Translations under genes and position numbers: made by a program
Shown here: positions 1 to 10,756 of the stretch, in pieces
Layout: each line of letters begins with the position of its first letter
Position numbering within the stretch: the first letter of the stretch is position 1
Notes under the pieces: model-generated
Told to the model about the DNA's origin: nothing
Databases searched by the model: none
The model's input: the letters and a program-made list of their open reading frames with translations, nothing else
Assembly: GCA_040767965.1 (NCBI GenBank)
Contig: JAXGNR010000004.1
Location: 64,001-128,000 of the forward strand
Direction: 5' to 3'
DNA: 64,000 bases
DNA from: Atribacterota bacterium
Lineage (GTDB): Bacteria > Atribacterota > Phoenicimicrobiia > Phoenicimicrobiales > Stramentimicrobiaceae

Positions 1-1
1 T

Positions 2-1759
2 TTGTCTGGATATGAATTATCAATACAAGATATTATGAATTTTCGGAAAATAAACTCCAAAACTCCCGGGCATCCTGAATATAGGCATACTCCCGGAGTA
101 GAAACTACCTCCGGACCATTAGGTCAAGGATTTGCTAATGCAGTGGGGATGGCTTTAGCTGAAAAAATGCTGGCAGCAAGATTCAACGATGAGGGATTTA
201 ACATCTTTGATCATTATACATATGTATTAGCTGGAGATGGTTGTATGATGGAAGGAATAACTTCCGAAGCAGCCTCTCTGGCAGGACACCTGGGATTAGG
301 AAAATTAATAGTTGTCTATGATCAGAATTTTATTTCTCTGGCAGCTGAAACAGAGGTAACTTTTACTGAATCCGTTGCAGAAAGGTTTCAGGCTTATAAT
401 TGGCAGGTAATTACCAATATAAACGGGCATGATATAGACGAATTAAAAAGTGCATTTATAAAAGCTAAAGAGGATAATAATCGGCCTACTATTATTATAG
501 CCAAAACCCATATTGGCTTTGGCGCTCCAACAAAGCAGGATACTCCAGTGGCTCATGGGGCCCCACTGGGTAAAGATGAAGTTGAAGGACTGAAGAAAAA
601 TATTGGTTTACCTCTGTCTGAAACATTTTACATTAGCCAAAAGGTCCGCGAATATTTTAAAAATACAAGATTTAAATTGCAAAAAGAAAGAGAATTATGG
701 GAAGAAAGATTTAATGGATGGGCCAAAAAATTTCCTCAAAAAAAAATGCAATGGCAACAGGGATTGTCTTTAGAAATACCGGAGAATTTAGATTTTTCAA
801 GTATTGATTTTAATGAAAAAACTGCCACCAGAAATGCCTCTGGAAAAATATTAAATTTTATTGCTGAAAAAATACCTTATCTGGTTGGAGGATCAGCAGA
901 CCTTTCTCCTTCTACCAAAACCTATCTGAATAATTTTTCAGAAGTTCAAAAGAATTTTTTTCAGGGAAGAAACATACGTTTTGGAGTAAGAGAACATGCC
1001 ATGGCTGCAATATGTAACGGAATTTCTCTCCATAAAGGGTTACGCCCATATTGTTCTACTTTTCTGGTCTTTTCTGATTATATGAGACCAGCTATCAGAC
1101 TATCTGCTTTAATGAATTTACCTATAATCTATATTTTTACTCATGATTCAATTTATGTAGGGGAAGATGGACCTACTCATCAACCTGTTGAACATTTAGA
1201 ATCATTGCGGATGATTCCTAATTTAAAAGTAATCCGCCCTGCAGATAGTGAGGAAGTAAAAGCTGCCTGGCAGATTATTTTAGAAAAAAATGAAGGACCC
1301 ACAGCATTGATATTATCCCGCCAGGATTTGCCTAAATTGCAAAATACTTTAGACATTAATGATTTCAGAATGGGTGGATATATTGTATCAAAAAAAGAAA
1401 TTGACCCTGATGTGGTAATTATTGCTAGTGGAAGCGAGGCGGAAACTGCGCTTCAAGTACAGAAAATATTAGAAAATGAAAATATTTCTTGCAGGATTAT
1501 TTCCATGCCTGACCGGGAAGAATTTGCTGGACAAAATGAAAATTATCAAAAAAAACTTCTGGGAAAAGAAAATAATATCAAGGTTATTATTGAGGCAGCC
1601 AGCGGGCAGGGCTGGTATGAGGTTATTTCAAATATTTCATTAGGTATATTTATCCGCTCTTTTGGAATAAGCGGTCCTGGAGAAGAAGTAGCCAAAGAAT
1701 TAGGATTTGATGCTGCTGAAATAGCAAAAAAAATTATAAATATAAAAAAATATAATTAA
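2..1759 (+). CDS. tkt: Transketolase (5' end outside window)
   Basis: TPGHPE, GPLGQG, TPP motif GDGCMMEG, GSADL, FGVREHAM, THDSIYVGEDGPTHQP. Confidence 0.97.
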   Translation: MSGYELSIQDIMNFRKINSKTPGHPEYRHTPGVETTSGPLGQGFANAVGMALAEKMLAARFNDEGFNIFDHYTYVLAGDGCMMEGITSEAASLAGHLGLGKLIVVYDQNFISLAAETEVTFTESVAERFQAYNWQVITNINGHDIDELKSAFIKAKEDNNRPTIIIAKTHIGFGAPTKQDTPVAHGAPLGKDEVEGLKKNIGLPLSETFYISQKVREYFKNTRFKLQKERELWEERFNGWAKKFPQKKMQWQQGLSLEIPENLDFSSIDFNEKTATRNASGKILNFIAEKIPYLVGGSADLSPSTKTYLNNFSEVQKNFFQGRNIRFGVREHAMAAICNGISLHKGLRPYCSTFLVFSDYMRPAIRLSALMNLPIIYIFTHDSIYVGEDGPTHQPVEHLESLRMIPNLKVIRPADSEEVKAAWQIILEKNEGPTALILSRQDLPKLQNTLDINDFRMGGYIVSKKEIDPDVVIIASGSEAETALQVQKILENENISCRIISMPDREEFAGQNENYQKKLLGKENNIKVIIEAASGQGWYEVISNISLGIFIRSFGISGPGEEVAKELGFDAAEIAKKIINIKKYN

Positions 1760-1780
1760 ACAATTAAAAAGGGGGAGTTT

Positions 1781-3004
1781 ATGTTCGTAACAGATAATGT
1801 TTGGGATTTTAAAATAGCAGGCCGTATTAAATTTGGATTAGATGCAGTACAAGAATTAAAAAATGAAATAGAAAATATTGCCGGAGCTAATATTGTCTTG
1901 ATAACTGATGAAGGAATCAAAAAAGCCGGTATCCTTGATTACATAAAAGACATTTTAAAAGGTCAAAAGGTATTTATTTATGATAAAGTTGCAGCAGATC
2001 CTGATTTAAAAAATTTTGAAGAAGCCCTGGATTTTTCCAAGAAAAATAAAGGAGAAATATTTATTGGATTAGGAGGAGGCAGCTCTATAGATATAGCAAA
2101 AGTAGTATCAGTTGTAGCTATGTATGGTGGAGATATCATGGACTATATTGCACCACCTAATGGTAAAGGAAAATCTATTAAAGGAAATGGGTATACCATG
2201 ATTGCAATCCCCACAACTTCCGGTACAGGATCCGGGTGTCTCCAGCTGCTGTACTAACTCTTTCTGAAAAAGAATTAAAGGTTGGAATATCCAGTCAATA
2301 TATCAGGCCTGATTTAGCAATTGTTGATCCAGTCTTAACGGTATCTGTTCCACCCCATATTACCGCTTCTACCGGCATTGATGCCTTAAGTCATGCCATT
2401 GAAAGCTATGCAACTAAGAGGTTTGATCATAAGAAAAAACCAGTATCTGCTGGAGAAAGACCTATTTATGGCGGAGCTAATGTTTTTACTGATTTATTTG
2501 CGGAAAAGTCGATAGAATTAATAGCCCAAAATCTAAGAAAAGCTTTTAATAATGGGCAAAATCTTGAAGCAAGAAAAAATATGTCTCTAGCCAGCTTGAT
2601 GGCAGGTATCAGCTTTACCAATGCAGGATTAGGACTGGTTCATGCTTTATCCTTTCCTCTTGGAGAAAATTCCATGCCCACGGAATTTCCATTGCAACAT
2701 TGCCTGCTGTCATGGAATTTAATGCAGCAATTAATTTTTCAGTATACAAAAAAATTGCACTTCTAATGGGCGAAGATATTCAAAATCTATCCGAAAGAGA
2801 AGCTGCCTTAAGATCAGTAAAAGCAGTTAGAGAGTTATGTGCAGATATAAATATTCCTAACATTTCTTCCTTTTGGTGTAAAAAAGGCATTTGCCGCTGA
2901 TTGCCAGAGATACAATGACAATACAAAGATTGTTATCTGGTAATCCCAGACTTACTACAGAAGAAGATGTTTTAAAGATTTGTCAGAACGCTTATGCAGG
3001 TTAA
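1781..3004 (+). pseudogene. Fe-containing alcohol dehydrogenase, hydroxyacid-oxoacid transhydrogenase-like, broken by several frameshifts (pseudogene or consensus errors)
   Basis: GLGGGSSIDIAK, AIPTTSGTGS, AIVDP, GIDALSHAIES and GLVHAL are spread over ORFs 1781-2257, 2236-2766, 2700-2900 and a last piece QRLLSGNPRLTTEEDVLKICQNAYAG* ending at 3004. RPIYGGAN resembles the transhydrogenase insert. Confidence 0.85.
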
Positions 3005-3085
3005 AGCAAATTAAATTTGACTTTAAAATATATTGTTAAAATATTGGTAACAATTAAATATGGATCACCTCACTTTTATTCTGAA

Positions 3086-3268
3086 GTGGGGTAGAGGCGC
3101 GAATGATTAAGAGTACTGATAATGAGCTGAGCAGCAATGAATTATCAGAAAAGGAATCTTCGCCGAAGTCTGGCATCTGATGCTCTAGGATCCGGCTGGG
3201 ACTATGATCAACAATCATAGCACTGTCATCAAAGACAGCTCCCGGTCTTTGATGGTGCGCTATCTCAT
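3086..3268 (+). promoter_or_regulatory. Lysine riboswitch (L-box) aptamer
   Basis: Conserved blocks AGAGGCGC...GAAAAGG...GCCGAA...CTGGG...ACTGTC...GGTGCGCTA; P1 gtggggtag/ctatctcat; lies directly upstream of lysA. Confidence 0.95.
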
Positions 3269-3313
3269 CGAGGAGAGACAAAAGGGAGGTACAAATTAAT
3301 TTACTTTTTATCA

Positions 3314-3356
3314 AGAGCAATCGATGAGCTCAGCGCTTATTGATTGCTCTTTTTTT
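3314..3356 (+). terminator. Riboswitch expression-platform terminator
   Basis: Stem agagcaatcgatgagc/gcttattgattgctct followed by a T run; its 5' arm (tcgatgag) can alternatively pair with ctcatcga at 3264-3271 as an antiterminator. Confidence 0.9.
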
Positions 3357-3400
3357 ATAAAAGAGAATGACAAGATTTATTTAAATTAAGGAGGAAGTGA

Positions 3401-4729
3401 ATGGCTGAAAACTTGATGCCAGAAATACTAAATAGAAGAGGTTTTAGTATTGGAGAAAAGAATGATTTATTGTTTGAAGAAAGTTTACAAGAGATAGCTG
3501 ATAGATATGGTACTCCCTGTTATATTTATTCAGAAAAATATTATCCGCCAGCAATGCCGGGATTATTCTGCTTCATTTACCAATAGTAAAATCGATTACA
3601 AGATTATCTATGCAGGTAAAGCTTTTTTAGTAAAGCACTTTGTAAAATATTAGCCCAAGAAGGTTTGGGAATTGATGCTTCTTCTGGTGGTGAAATTCAT
3701 ACTGCACTTTCTGCAGGTTTCCCTGCAGAAGATATCTTATTTTCATGGTAATAATAAATCAAAAGATGAATTAATATGCTGTAAAAATAATATTGGTACT
3801 ATTATGGTAAACAATCTGTTTGAATTAGCCTTGCTGGATAAAATTGCGAGTGATTTTAATAAAAAGTAAATATCATGATAAGATTTATTCCTGGAGTAGA
3901 TACTTATACACATGAAAAAATAAGAACAGGACAGGTAGATTCAAAATTTGGAATACCTATAGCCAAACTGGAGGATGTTTTCCCGGAAATACTCCAGAAG
4001 AAAAACCTGAACTATACCGGAATACATTGTCATATAGGTTCTCAGCTATTAGAAACCCAATTCCATCTCCAGGCAATTACCGAGATGGGGCACGCCATTC
4101 AAAGGATTAAGGATAAGTTCGGGATTGAAACCAGGAACCTGAATATAGGCGGAGGATTAGGAGTAAAATATACCGGTGACGATAAACCGGTAGCTGTAAA
4201 AGATTTTGTAGATATAATCATAAACAAATTTAAAGAAACCTGCCAGGAATTAAAAATACCTGTTCCCAGAATAATCATTGAACCAGGCAGATCTATTGTG
4301 GCAGAAGCAGGGATTACTCTTTATCAGGTGGGGGCTATAAAAAAAATAGATGGATTAAAAAAATACCTTCTTGTTAATGGTGGTATGGCAGATAATCCCA
4401 GGCCCAGCCTGTATGATGCCAAATATGAAGCAGTAATTGTTAATAAATTCAATCAAAAACCTGCTGAAGATGTTACTATTGCCGGAAAATACTGTGAATC
4501 TGGAGATATCTTAATAAAAAATATAAAATTACCTGAAGCTGATCATGGAGATTTAATAGTTTTCTTTTCAACAGGGGCTTATCATCATGCTATGGCTAGT
4601 AACTATAATGGAATACCAAGACCGGCAGTTGTATTGGTAAACAAAGGGAAAGATGATCTAATGGTGAAAAGAGAAACTTATGATGATCTAAACAATAATC
4701 ATGTTTTACCAGCCTGGCTAAAAAATTAA
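3401..4729 (+). CDS. lysA: Diaminopimelate decarboxylase, frameshifted in its 5' third
   Basis: YGTPCYIY, IYAGKAF, FHGNNKS, SKFG, HCHIGSQ, NIGGGLG, IEPGRS, GKYCESGD and TGAY in successive frames; SD aaggagg before 3401. Confidence 0.92.
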
Positions 4730-4777
4730 AGTGCACAAATAAGTGCAGTAAAAAAGTACAATTAAAGGAATAAAAAT

Positions 4778-5638
4778 ATGAAAATTGATTTTGTTAAAAT
4801 GCATGGTATCGGAAATGATTTTATTGTCATAGATTATTTTTCAAAACCAGTTCCTGCAGAAATTGATTTTAATCAATTGGCAAAGAAGTTATGCCATCGT
4901 CATTTTGGAATCGGGGGAGATGGTTTAATATTGGTTCTGGCTTCTCAGCTATATGATTTCAGGATGAGGATATTTAATTTTGATGGGAGCGAGCCGCAAA
5001 TGTGCGGAAATGGAATACGCTGTTTTGCCAGATATGTTTATGAAAACAATTTAACAAATAAGAGAAAATTTTCTGTAGAAACCTTAGCCGGAGAGATTAT
5101 CCCAGAACTTGTGTTTAAACCTTCAACCAATATTTTAGAGGGCGTTAAAGTAGATATGGGGAAACCTCGTTTAACCAGAAAAGAAATTCCTATGACAGGA
5201 ATAAATATGGAAAGCAAGGTCATTAATGAGAATATTTCTTTAGAAAATAAAGAAAAATACAATATAACATGTGTTTCCATGGGCAATCCCCATTGTGTAA
5301 TATTTGTAGAGAATGTAGATATTTTTCCGGTAACAGAAGTCGGACCTCTTATAGAAAATAATTCTTTATTCCCTGAAAAAACAAATGTTGAGTTTATTCA
5401 GCTGCTAAATAAGCAAGAGATAAAATTCAGAGTTTGGGAAAGAGGAGTAGGAGAAACAATGGCTTGTGGAACTGGTGCAAGTGCGGCAGTTGTAGCAGGT
5501 GTTTTAAATAAAAATCTTTCTCCTGATAGTATTGTTCATCTAAGAGGCGGTGATTTGCGTATTCAATGGGAAGATGATGGACATGTTTATATGACCGGTG
5601 CTGCTGAAAATGTCTTTACCGGTTCTGTGGAAATATAG
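4778..5638 (+). CDS. dapF: Diaminopimelate epimerase
   Basis: KMHGIGNDF, MCGNGIRC, SMGNPH, WERGVGETMACGTGA. Confidence 0.98.
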   Translation: MKIDFVKMHGIGNDFIVIDYFSKPVPAEIDFNQLAKKLCHRHFGIGGDGLILVLASQLYDFRMRIFNFDGSEPQMCGNGIRCFARYVYENNLTNKRKFSVETLAGEIIPELVFKPSTNILEGVKVDMGKPRLTRKEIPMTGINMESKVINENISLENKEKYNITCVSMGNPHCVIFVENVDIFPVTEVGPLIENNSLFPEKTNVEFIQLLNKQEIKFRVWERGVGETMACGTGASAAVVAGVLNKNLSPDSIVHLRGGDLRIQWEDDGHVYMTGAAENVFTGSVEI

Positions 5639-5690
5639 AATATCTAAGGATTATTAGAAAAATCAAAGAAAAGAAAGGAATATTGATAGA

Positions 5691-6866
5691 ATGAGAATTG
5701 CACAAAGAATTAAAAATGTACCACCCTATCTTTTTGCAGAAATAGATAAGAAAAAAGAAGCTGCTCTAGCGAAAGGTGTAGATATAATTAATTTAGGAAT
5801 AGGAGATCCTGATAAACCAACACCTGCACACATTATTGAAAAATTAAATGAAAGTGCCAGGAATCCAAAAACACATGACTATCCTCCTTATGAAGGAACA
5901 AAAGAATTTAGAACAGCAGTAACAAGCTGGTTTTTGCAAAGATTTGGTGTCAGGCTAGATCCGGATAAAGAAGTTATTTCTTTAATTGGTTCAAAAGAAG
6001 GAATTGCCCATGTCTTTTTGGCATTTGTAGATCCCGGGGATATCACTTTAATACCTGATCCGGCATATCCGGTTTATAAAACAGGAACTTTGTTTGCTAA
6101 TGGTGAGCCATATTTTATGCCATTATTGGAAGAAAATGGGTATTTACCAGATCTGGATAGTATTGATGGAAATATTGCTAAAAAGGCTAAATTGATTTTT
6201 TTAAACTATCCCAATAATCCCACCGGTGCAGTAGCAGATAAGAATTACTTTAAAAAAGTTGTAGACTTTGCCAGAAAGTATGACCTTCTAATATGTCATG
6301 ATATTGCTTATTCAGAATTATCTTTTGATGATTATAAAGCCCCCAGTTTTCTGGAAATAGAAGGGGCTAAAGATATCTGCATTGAATTCCATTCACTTTC
6401 AAAGCCATATAATATGACTGGATGGAGAATAGGTTTTGCGGTTGGCGGCCAAGAAGCAATATCTGCTCTCTCTATTGTTAAAACAAATATTGATTCTGGA
6501 ATATTTAAAGCTATCCAGGAAGCAGGAATAGCTGCTTTAACCGGACCGCAAGATCATATTCCACAGTTAATAAAAATGTATACTGAAAGAAGAAATGCAG
6601 TAGTAGAAGGATTTAATGCATTAGGTTGGAATATAAAACCTCCTAAAGCAACTTTTTATGTATGGGTTCCCACTCCTGAAAATATGAGCGCAATAGACTT
6701 TGCCAATCAGGTTCTAGAAAAAACAGGTATTATTGTTACACCGGGAATTGGCTATGGGCAATATGGTGAAGGTTATATCAGGATTGCTCTTACAGTTGAT
6801 GTTCCTAGAATTGAAGAAGCAATTAACAGGTTAAAACAGGCTGGTATAAGGTATAAAAATAATTAA
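5691..6866 (+). CDS. dapL: LL-diaminopimelate aminotransferase
   Basis: [36 protein letters not shown]; dap operon context. Confidence 0.93.
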   Translation: MRIAQRIKNVPPYLFAEIDKKKEAALAKGVDIINLGIGDPDKPTPAHIIEKLNESARNPKTHDYPPYEGTKEFRTAVTSWFLQRFGVRLDPDKEVISLIGSKEGIAHVFLAFVDPGDITLIPDPAYPVYKTGTLFANGEPYFMPLLEENGYLPDLDSIDGNIAKKAKLIFLNYPNNPTGAVADKNYFKKVVDFARKYDLLICHDIAYSELSFDDYKAPSFLEIEGAKDICIEFHSLSKPYNMTGWRIGFAVGGQEAISALSIVKTNIDSGIFKAIQEAGIAALTGPQDHIPQLIKMYTERRNAVVEGFNALGWNIKPPKATFYVWVPTPENMSAIDFANQVLEKTGIIVTPGIGYGQYGEGYIRIALTVDVPRIEEAINRLKQAGIRYKNN

Positions 6867-6949
6867 TTTATGTAGTATTTGTACGTTGAGGATTAAAGTA
6901 ATAAATATTAACTGGTAAAGTAAGAATAAACAATATTTATAGAGCCGAG

Positions 6950-8191
6950 GTGATTACTATAAGATATGTTGTAAAATTTGGTGGAACTAGCATTCAGGAT
7001 GTAGAACGGATGGAAAAAGCTACTCAGGCCATTATCAAAAAAAGAAAAGAAGGAAATGAAATAATAGTTGTAGTTTCAGCAATGGGTGATACTACGGATA
7101 ATTTAATATCATTATTAGATGGTGTCACTAAAAAAGCTTATGATTTAGCTGATTATGCGGAATTTGTGTCTTTTGGAGAAAGAATGAGTGCACGATTATT
7201 GGTGACTTCTTTAAAAGCAAATGGATTTGATTCTGCTTTTTTTGAACCAGCCAGAGAAGATTTTCCGATTATTACTAAGGCAGAAAACATTCTGGAAGCA
7301 GAAATTTTACCTGAGGAAAGTAAGAAACAATGCCTGAAATATTTAGAACCCTTACTGAAAAAAGGAGTTGTACCTGTTGTCTGCGGGTTTTTAGGCCGAA
7401 GTGTCCAGGATGGAGCTATTACCTGTCTGGGCAGAGGAGGGAGTGATGTTACTGCTTTTGCTTTAGCTAATTTTGTTCAGGCAGATGAAGTTATTATTGT
7501 GACTGATGCTATGGGTGTTGCCTCTGCTGATCCAAGGATTATTAAAAAAGTGGAAACACTCCCTAAAATAAGTGTAGAAGAAATGGGTTTGTTGGCTGAA
7601 GGAGGTGCGCAAGTATTGCATCCAAGAGCCTTAAATTTTAAAGAAAGTACTATGAAAGCAAAAATAATACATTTTCAGGATGGAGACCTGGACTCTCCAG
7701 GGACAGAAATAGAAGGTAGTTTTACCAGTAGAATTAGTGTATTTCAAGAAAAATTATGTTTACTAACTATAGTTGGGGAAAAAATATTAGAAACTTCTGG
7801 TATCTTAAAAGAGATAACAGCCTCCCTGTCAAAATACAAAATAAGCATTCAAGGTATTGCTATGGGGTTGCAGTATATTGGCATATATGTTTATGAAAAA
7901 TATTGCCAGAAGGCATATGATTTAGTTCACCCTGCCGTACTGAAAAATGATAGTTTAAAATCGGTTACTTCAAAAAAAGAGATAGCTTTGATTGTAGTAA
8001 GTAGCAGACATTTTATTGATACTCCTGGAATTATTGAAAAAATATCTCGACCGTTAGCCGAACATCATATCAATATTTTGGAAATGACAACAATTAAAAC
8101 TGATATATTAATATTTGTTGATTGGAAAAACAAAGATATTGCCAGTCAGCTGATAAGTGATTCACTAACTGATATAGGTATTATTAGTTAA
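6950..8191 (+). CDS. lysC: Aspartate kinase with C-terminal ACT domains
   Basis: VVKFGGTS, VVVSAMGDTTD, LGRGGSDVTA, ADPR, GAQVLHP. Confidence 0.95.
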   Translation: MITIRYVVKFGGTSIQDVERMEKATQAIIKKRKEGNEIIVVVSAMGDTTDNLISLLDGVTKKAYDLADYAEFVSFGERMSARLLVTSLKANGFDSAFFEPAREDFPIITKAENILEAEILPEESKKQCLKYLEPLLKKGVVPVVCGFLGRSVQDGAITCLGRGGSDVTAFALANFVQADEVIIVTDAMGVASADPRIIKKVETLPKISVEEMGLLAEGGAQVLHPRALNFKESTMKAKIIHFQDGDLDSPGTEIEGSFTSRISVFQEKLCLLTIVGEKILETSGILKEITASLSKYKISIQGIAMGLQYIGIYVYEKYCQKAYDLVHPAVLKNDSLKSVTSKKEIALIVVSSRHFIDTPGIIEKISRPLAEHHINILEMTTIKTDILIFVDWKNKDIASQLISDSLTDIGIIS

Positions 8192-8223
8192 TAAAAATTT
8201 ATTTAATAAGGAGGAATGAGAAA

Positions 8224-9108
8224 ATGTTTACAGGATCAATTGTGGCTATGATTACGCCTTTTGACCAAAACAATAAGATAGATGAACAGGGAATAAAAGA
8301 GCTGGTGGAGTTTCACATCAAAAATGGGACTGATGGTATTGTCCCATGCGGGACTACCGGAGAATCACCAACTTTAAGTCATGAAGAACATAAAAAGGTT
8401 ATTGAACTGACAATAAAAGCAGTAGCTGGAAGGGTTCCAGTTATTGCCGGCACAGGTTCAAATTCTACTGAAGAGGCAATTGATTTGACTGCCAGTGCTA
8501 AAGAAATGGGAGCAGATGGAGTATTGCTGGTTATGCCATATTACAATAAGCCTACCCAGAAAGGCCTTTATGAGCACTTTAAAACTATAGCCGAAAAAGT
8601 AGATATTCCGGGAATTATCTATAATGTACCTTCTCGTTCTGGTGTCAATATGTTGCCATCAACACTTGCTGAACTGGCTGAATTGAAGAATGTAGTGGCA
8701 GTAAAGGAGGCTAGTGGCAGTTTAGAACAGATGACTGAAATTATGTCTCTTTGTGGTGACAAAATTACTCTGTTATCTGGAGATGATAAAATTTTACTGC
8801 CTGTTTTATCTATTGGAGGTAAAGGAGTTATTTCTGTTGTTGCTAATATTATTCCCAAAGAAGTTTCAACAATGATAGAAGAATATCAACAGGGGAATTA
8901 TCAGCAGGCAAGAGAGATGTTTATGGATGTTATTTATCCTTTGAGTGATGCAATGTTTTATGAAACAAATCCGATTCCTGTAAAAACAGCAGCTGGCTTA
9001 ATGGGGTTGCCTGCTGGTGATTTAAGATTGCCGTTGTGCAGTATGGAAGAAGGGCATCTGATAAAACTTAAAACTCAGTTAAAACGTTTCGGACTATTGG
9101 AGGATTAA
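8224..9108 (+). CDS. dapA: 4-hydroxy-tetrahydrodipicolinate synthase
   Basis: CGTTGES, PYYNKPTQ, YNVPSR, VKEASG, SGDD, NPIPVK. Confidence 0.98.
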   Translation: MFTGSIVAMITPFDQNNKIDEQGIKELVEFHIKNGTDGIVPCGTTGESPTLSHEEHKKVIELTIKAVAGRVPVIAGTGSNSTEEAIDLTASAKEMGADGVLLVMPYYNKPTQKGLYEHFKTIAEKVDIPGIIYNVPSRSGVNMLPSTLAELAELKNVVAVKEASGSLEQMTEIMSLCGDKITLLSGDDKILLPVLSIGGKGVISVVANIIPKEVSTMIEEYQQGNYQQAREMFMDVIYPLSDAMFYETNPIPVKTAAGLMGLPAGDLRLPLCSMEEGHLIKLKTQLKRFGLLED

Positions 9109-9113
9109 TTATA

Positions 9114-9914
9114 ATGAATCGAGTAATAGTTTGTGGTGGATGCGGTAAAATGGCATCATTAATTGCCACCCAGGTATATCAAGATGCTGATTTACAGCTA
9201 GCCGGTATCGTGGAATTTCCTCAACACTCTTTATTGGGAAAAGATTGGGGAACGGTATTCGGAATGGGAGAAACCGGTATTATAGTCGAAAGTGATTTGG
9301 AAAAAGTGATTACACAAGGTGATGTAGTTGTTGAATTTACCAATCCTGATGCAACAATGGAACACTTAAATATTTGTTTAAAGCATAAGAAAGCAATGGT
9401 TATTGGTACAACTGGCTTGACCGATGAACAAAAAAAACAAATTGAAACAGTTTCTAAAAATATTCCAATTATTATTTCTCCAAATATGTCCTTAGGAGTT
9501 AATTTATTGTTTGAGCTAGTAAGAAAAGTGGCAGGCATATTGGATGATCAATACGATATTGAAATAGTTGAAACGCATCATCATTTCAAAAAAGATGCAC
9601 CCAGTGGTACTGCTGTTAAGATTGCTGAAATAATAGCTCAGGAAAAAAATATTGATTTAGCAGAAAAAGCTGTTTATGGACGATATGGAAATGTGGGAGA
9701 AAGGCAAAAGGGGGAGATTGGAATTCATGCTATCAGGGCTGGTAATATAAATGGAGAGCATACTATAATGTTTAATTCTTTAGGTGAAAGGCTAGAGTTA
9801 ACGCATAGAGCTTTTGGCAGAGAAGCTTTTGCCCAAGGTACAATAAAAGCAATTCATTTTATTGTAAAACAGCAAAGTGGATTATTTTCTATGAGAGAGG
9901 TTTTAAACCTGTAA
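9114..9914 (+). CDS. dapB: 4-hydroxy-tetrahydrodipicolinate reductase
   Basis: GTTG, PNMSLGVN, ETHHHFKKDAPSGTA, GEH. Confidence 0.97.
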   Translation: MNRVIVCGGCGKMASLIATQVYQDADLQLAGIVEFPQHSLLGKDWGTVFGMGETGIIVESDLEKVITQGDVVVEFTNPDATMEHLNICLKHKKAMVIGTTGLTDEQKKQIETVSKNIPIIISPNMSLGVNLLFELVRKVAGILDDQYDIEIVETHHHFKKDAPSGTAVKIAEIIAQEKNIDLAEKAVYGRYGNVGERQKGEIGIHAIRAGNINGEHTIMFNSLGERLELTHRAFGREAFAQGTIKAIHFIVKQQSGLFSMREVLNL

Positions 9915-9928
9915 AAGACAATTTCTAC

Positions 9929-9970
9929 ATATGATGGATTTCCCTTGGGGGAGATCCATCATATTTTTTT
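9929..9970 (+). terminator. Intrinsic terminator of the lys/dap operon
   Basis: atatgatggatttccc / gggagatccatcatat stem followed by a T tract. Confidence 0.88.
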
Positions 9971-10099
9971 ATTTTTTATTGCTTACAAACTATCTTATTT
10001 TGTTTAAATTGAAATGTATTTTCTTCTTTGATTATAATTTTTCTCCCTACTTTATTGTGCTATAATATTATAAGAGTATTCTAAAAAAGAAAGGAGGAT

Positions 10100-10660
10100 A
10101 TGGTTATGATACAGGTAAAAGTATTTGGTGTTGCAGTTGATCCGGTAACAAAAGGTTTTGTAGTAATTCTAAAAGACCAGGATGAGAAAAAATGGCTTCC
10201 AATATGGATTGGTCCATATGAAGCGAAAATGATATCTATGGCTTTGGAAAAAGAAAAACCCAGCAGGCCTTTTTCTCCTGATCTGATAAAAAATATAGTA
10301 GAATCTGCTTCTTTAAAGGTAGAAAAAATTGTAATATCAGATATTAAAAATAATACTTATTATGCAACTATCTGGTTAAAAGCTGGAGAAAAAGAAGTTT
10401 TGATTGACGCAAGACCCAGCGATGCCATTGCCATTGCTTTAAGATTGGAAACCCCAGTTTATATTACAGATGAAGTGATGAAAAAAGCATCGATAACACA
10501 CTCCTCCAGGGAAGAAGATGTTTCAACGCAAATAGATAGACTAAAAATCCAGTTGCAGGATGAGGTTGAAAAGGAAAATTACGAAGAAGCAGCCAAGCTA
10601 AGAGATGAAATAAAAAAGATGGAAAAAGTCAAAGATATTCCGCCCCTCAAACCAAATTAA
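10100..10660 (+). CDS. Bifunctional nuclease family (DUF151) protein with C-terminal UVR domain
   Basis: LPIWIGPYEA, DARPSDAIAIA, ENYEEAAKLRDEI. Confidence 0.9.
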   Translation: MVMIQVKVFGVAVDPVTKGFVVILKDQDEKKWLPIWIGPYEAKMISMALEKEKPSRPFSPDLIKNIVESASLKVEKIVISDIKNNTYYATIWLKAGEKEVLIDARPSDAIAIALRLETPVYITDEVMKKASITHSSREEDVSTQIDRLKIQLQDEVEKENYEEAAKLRDEIKKMEKVKDIPPLKPN

Positions 10661-10756
10661 GAATTGCAGTAAAATTAAAATTATCTATAAATGTAAATAA
10701 AATCTTTTCTGGATTTTGATAATTTAAAGAAGATTGATAGTTCCTTTGGAGGGAAA

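Noticed and set aside
3061-3077. tggatcacctcacttt as a 16S rRNA 3' end fragment
   Set aside because: No other rRNA sequence lies upstream; better explained as a pairing strand of the riboswitch leader.
3054-3320. 88-aa minus-strand ORF
   Set aside because: It coincides with the lysine riboswitch and is not protein-like.
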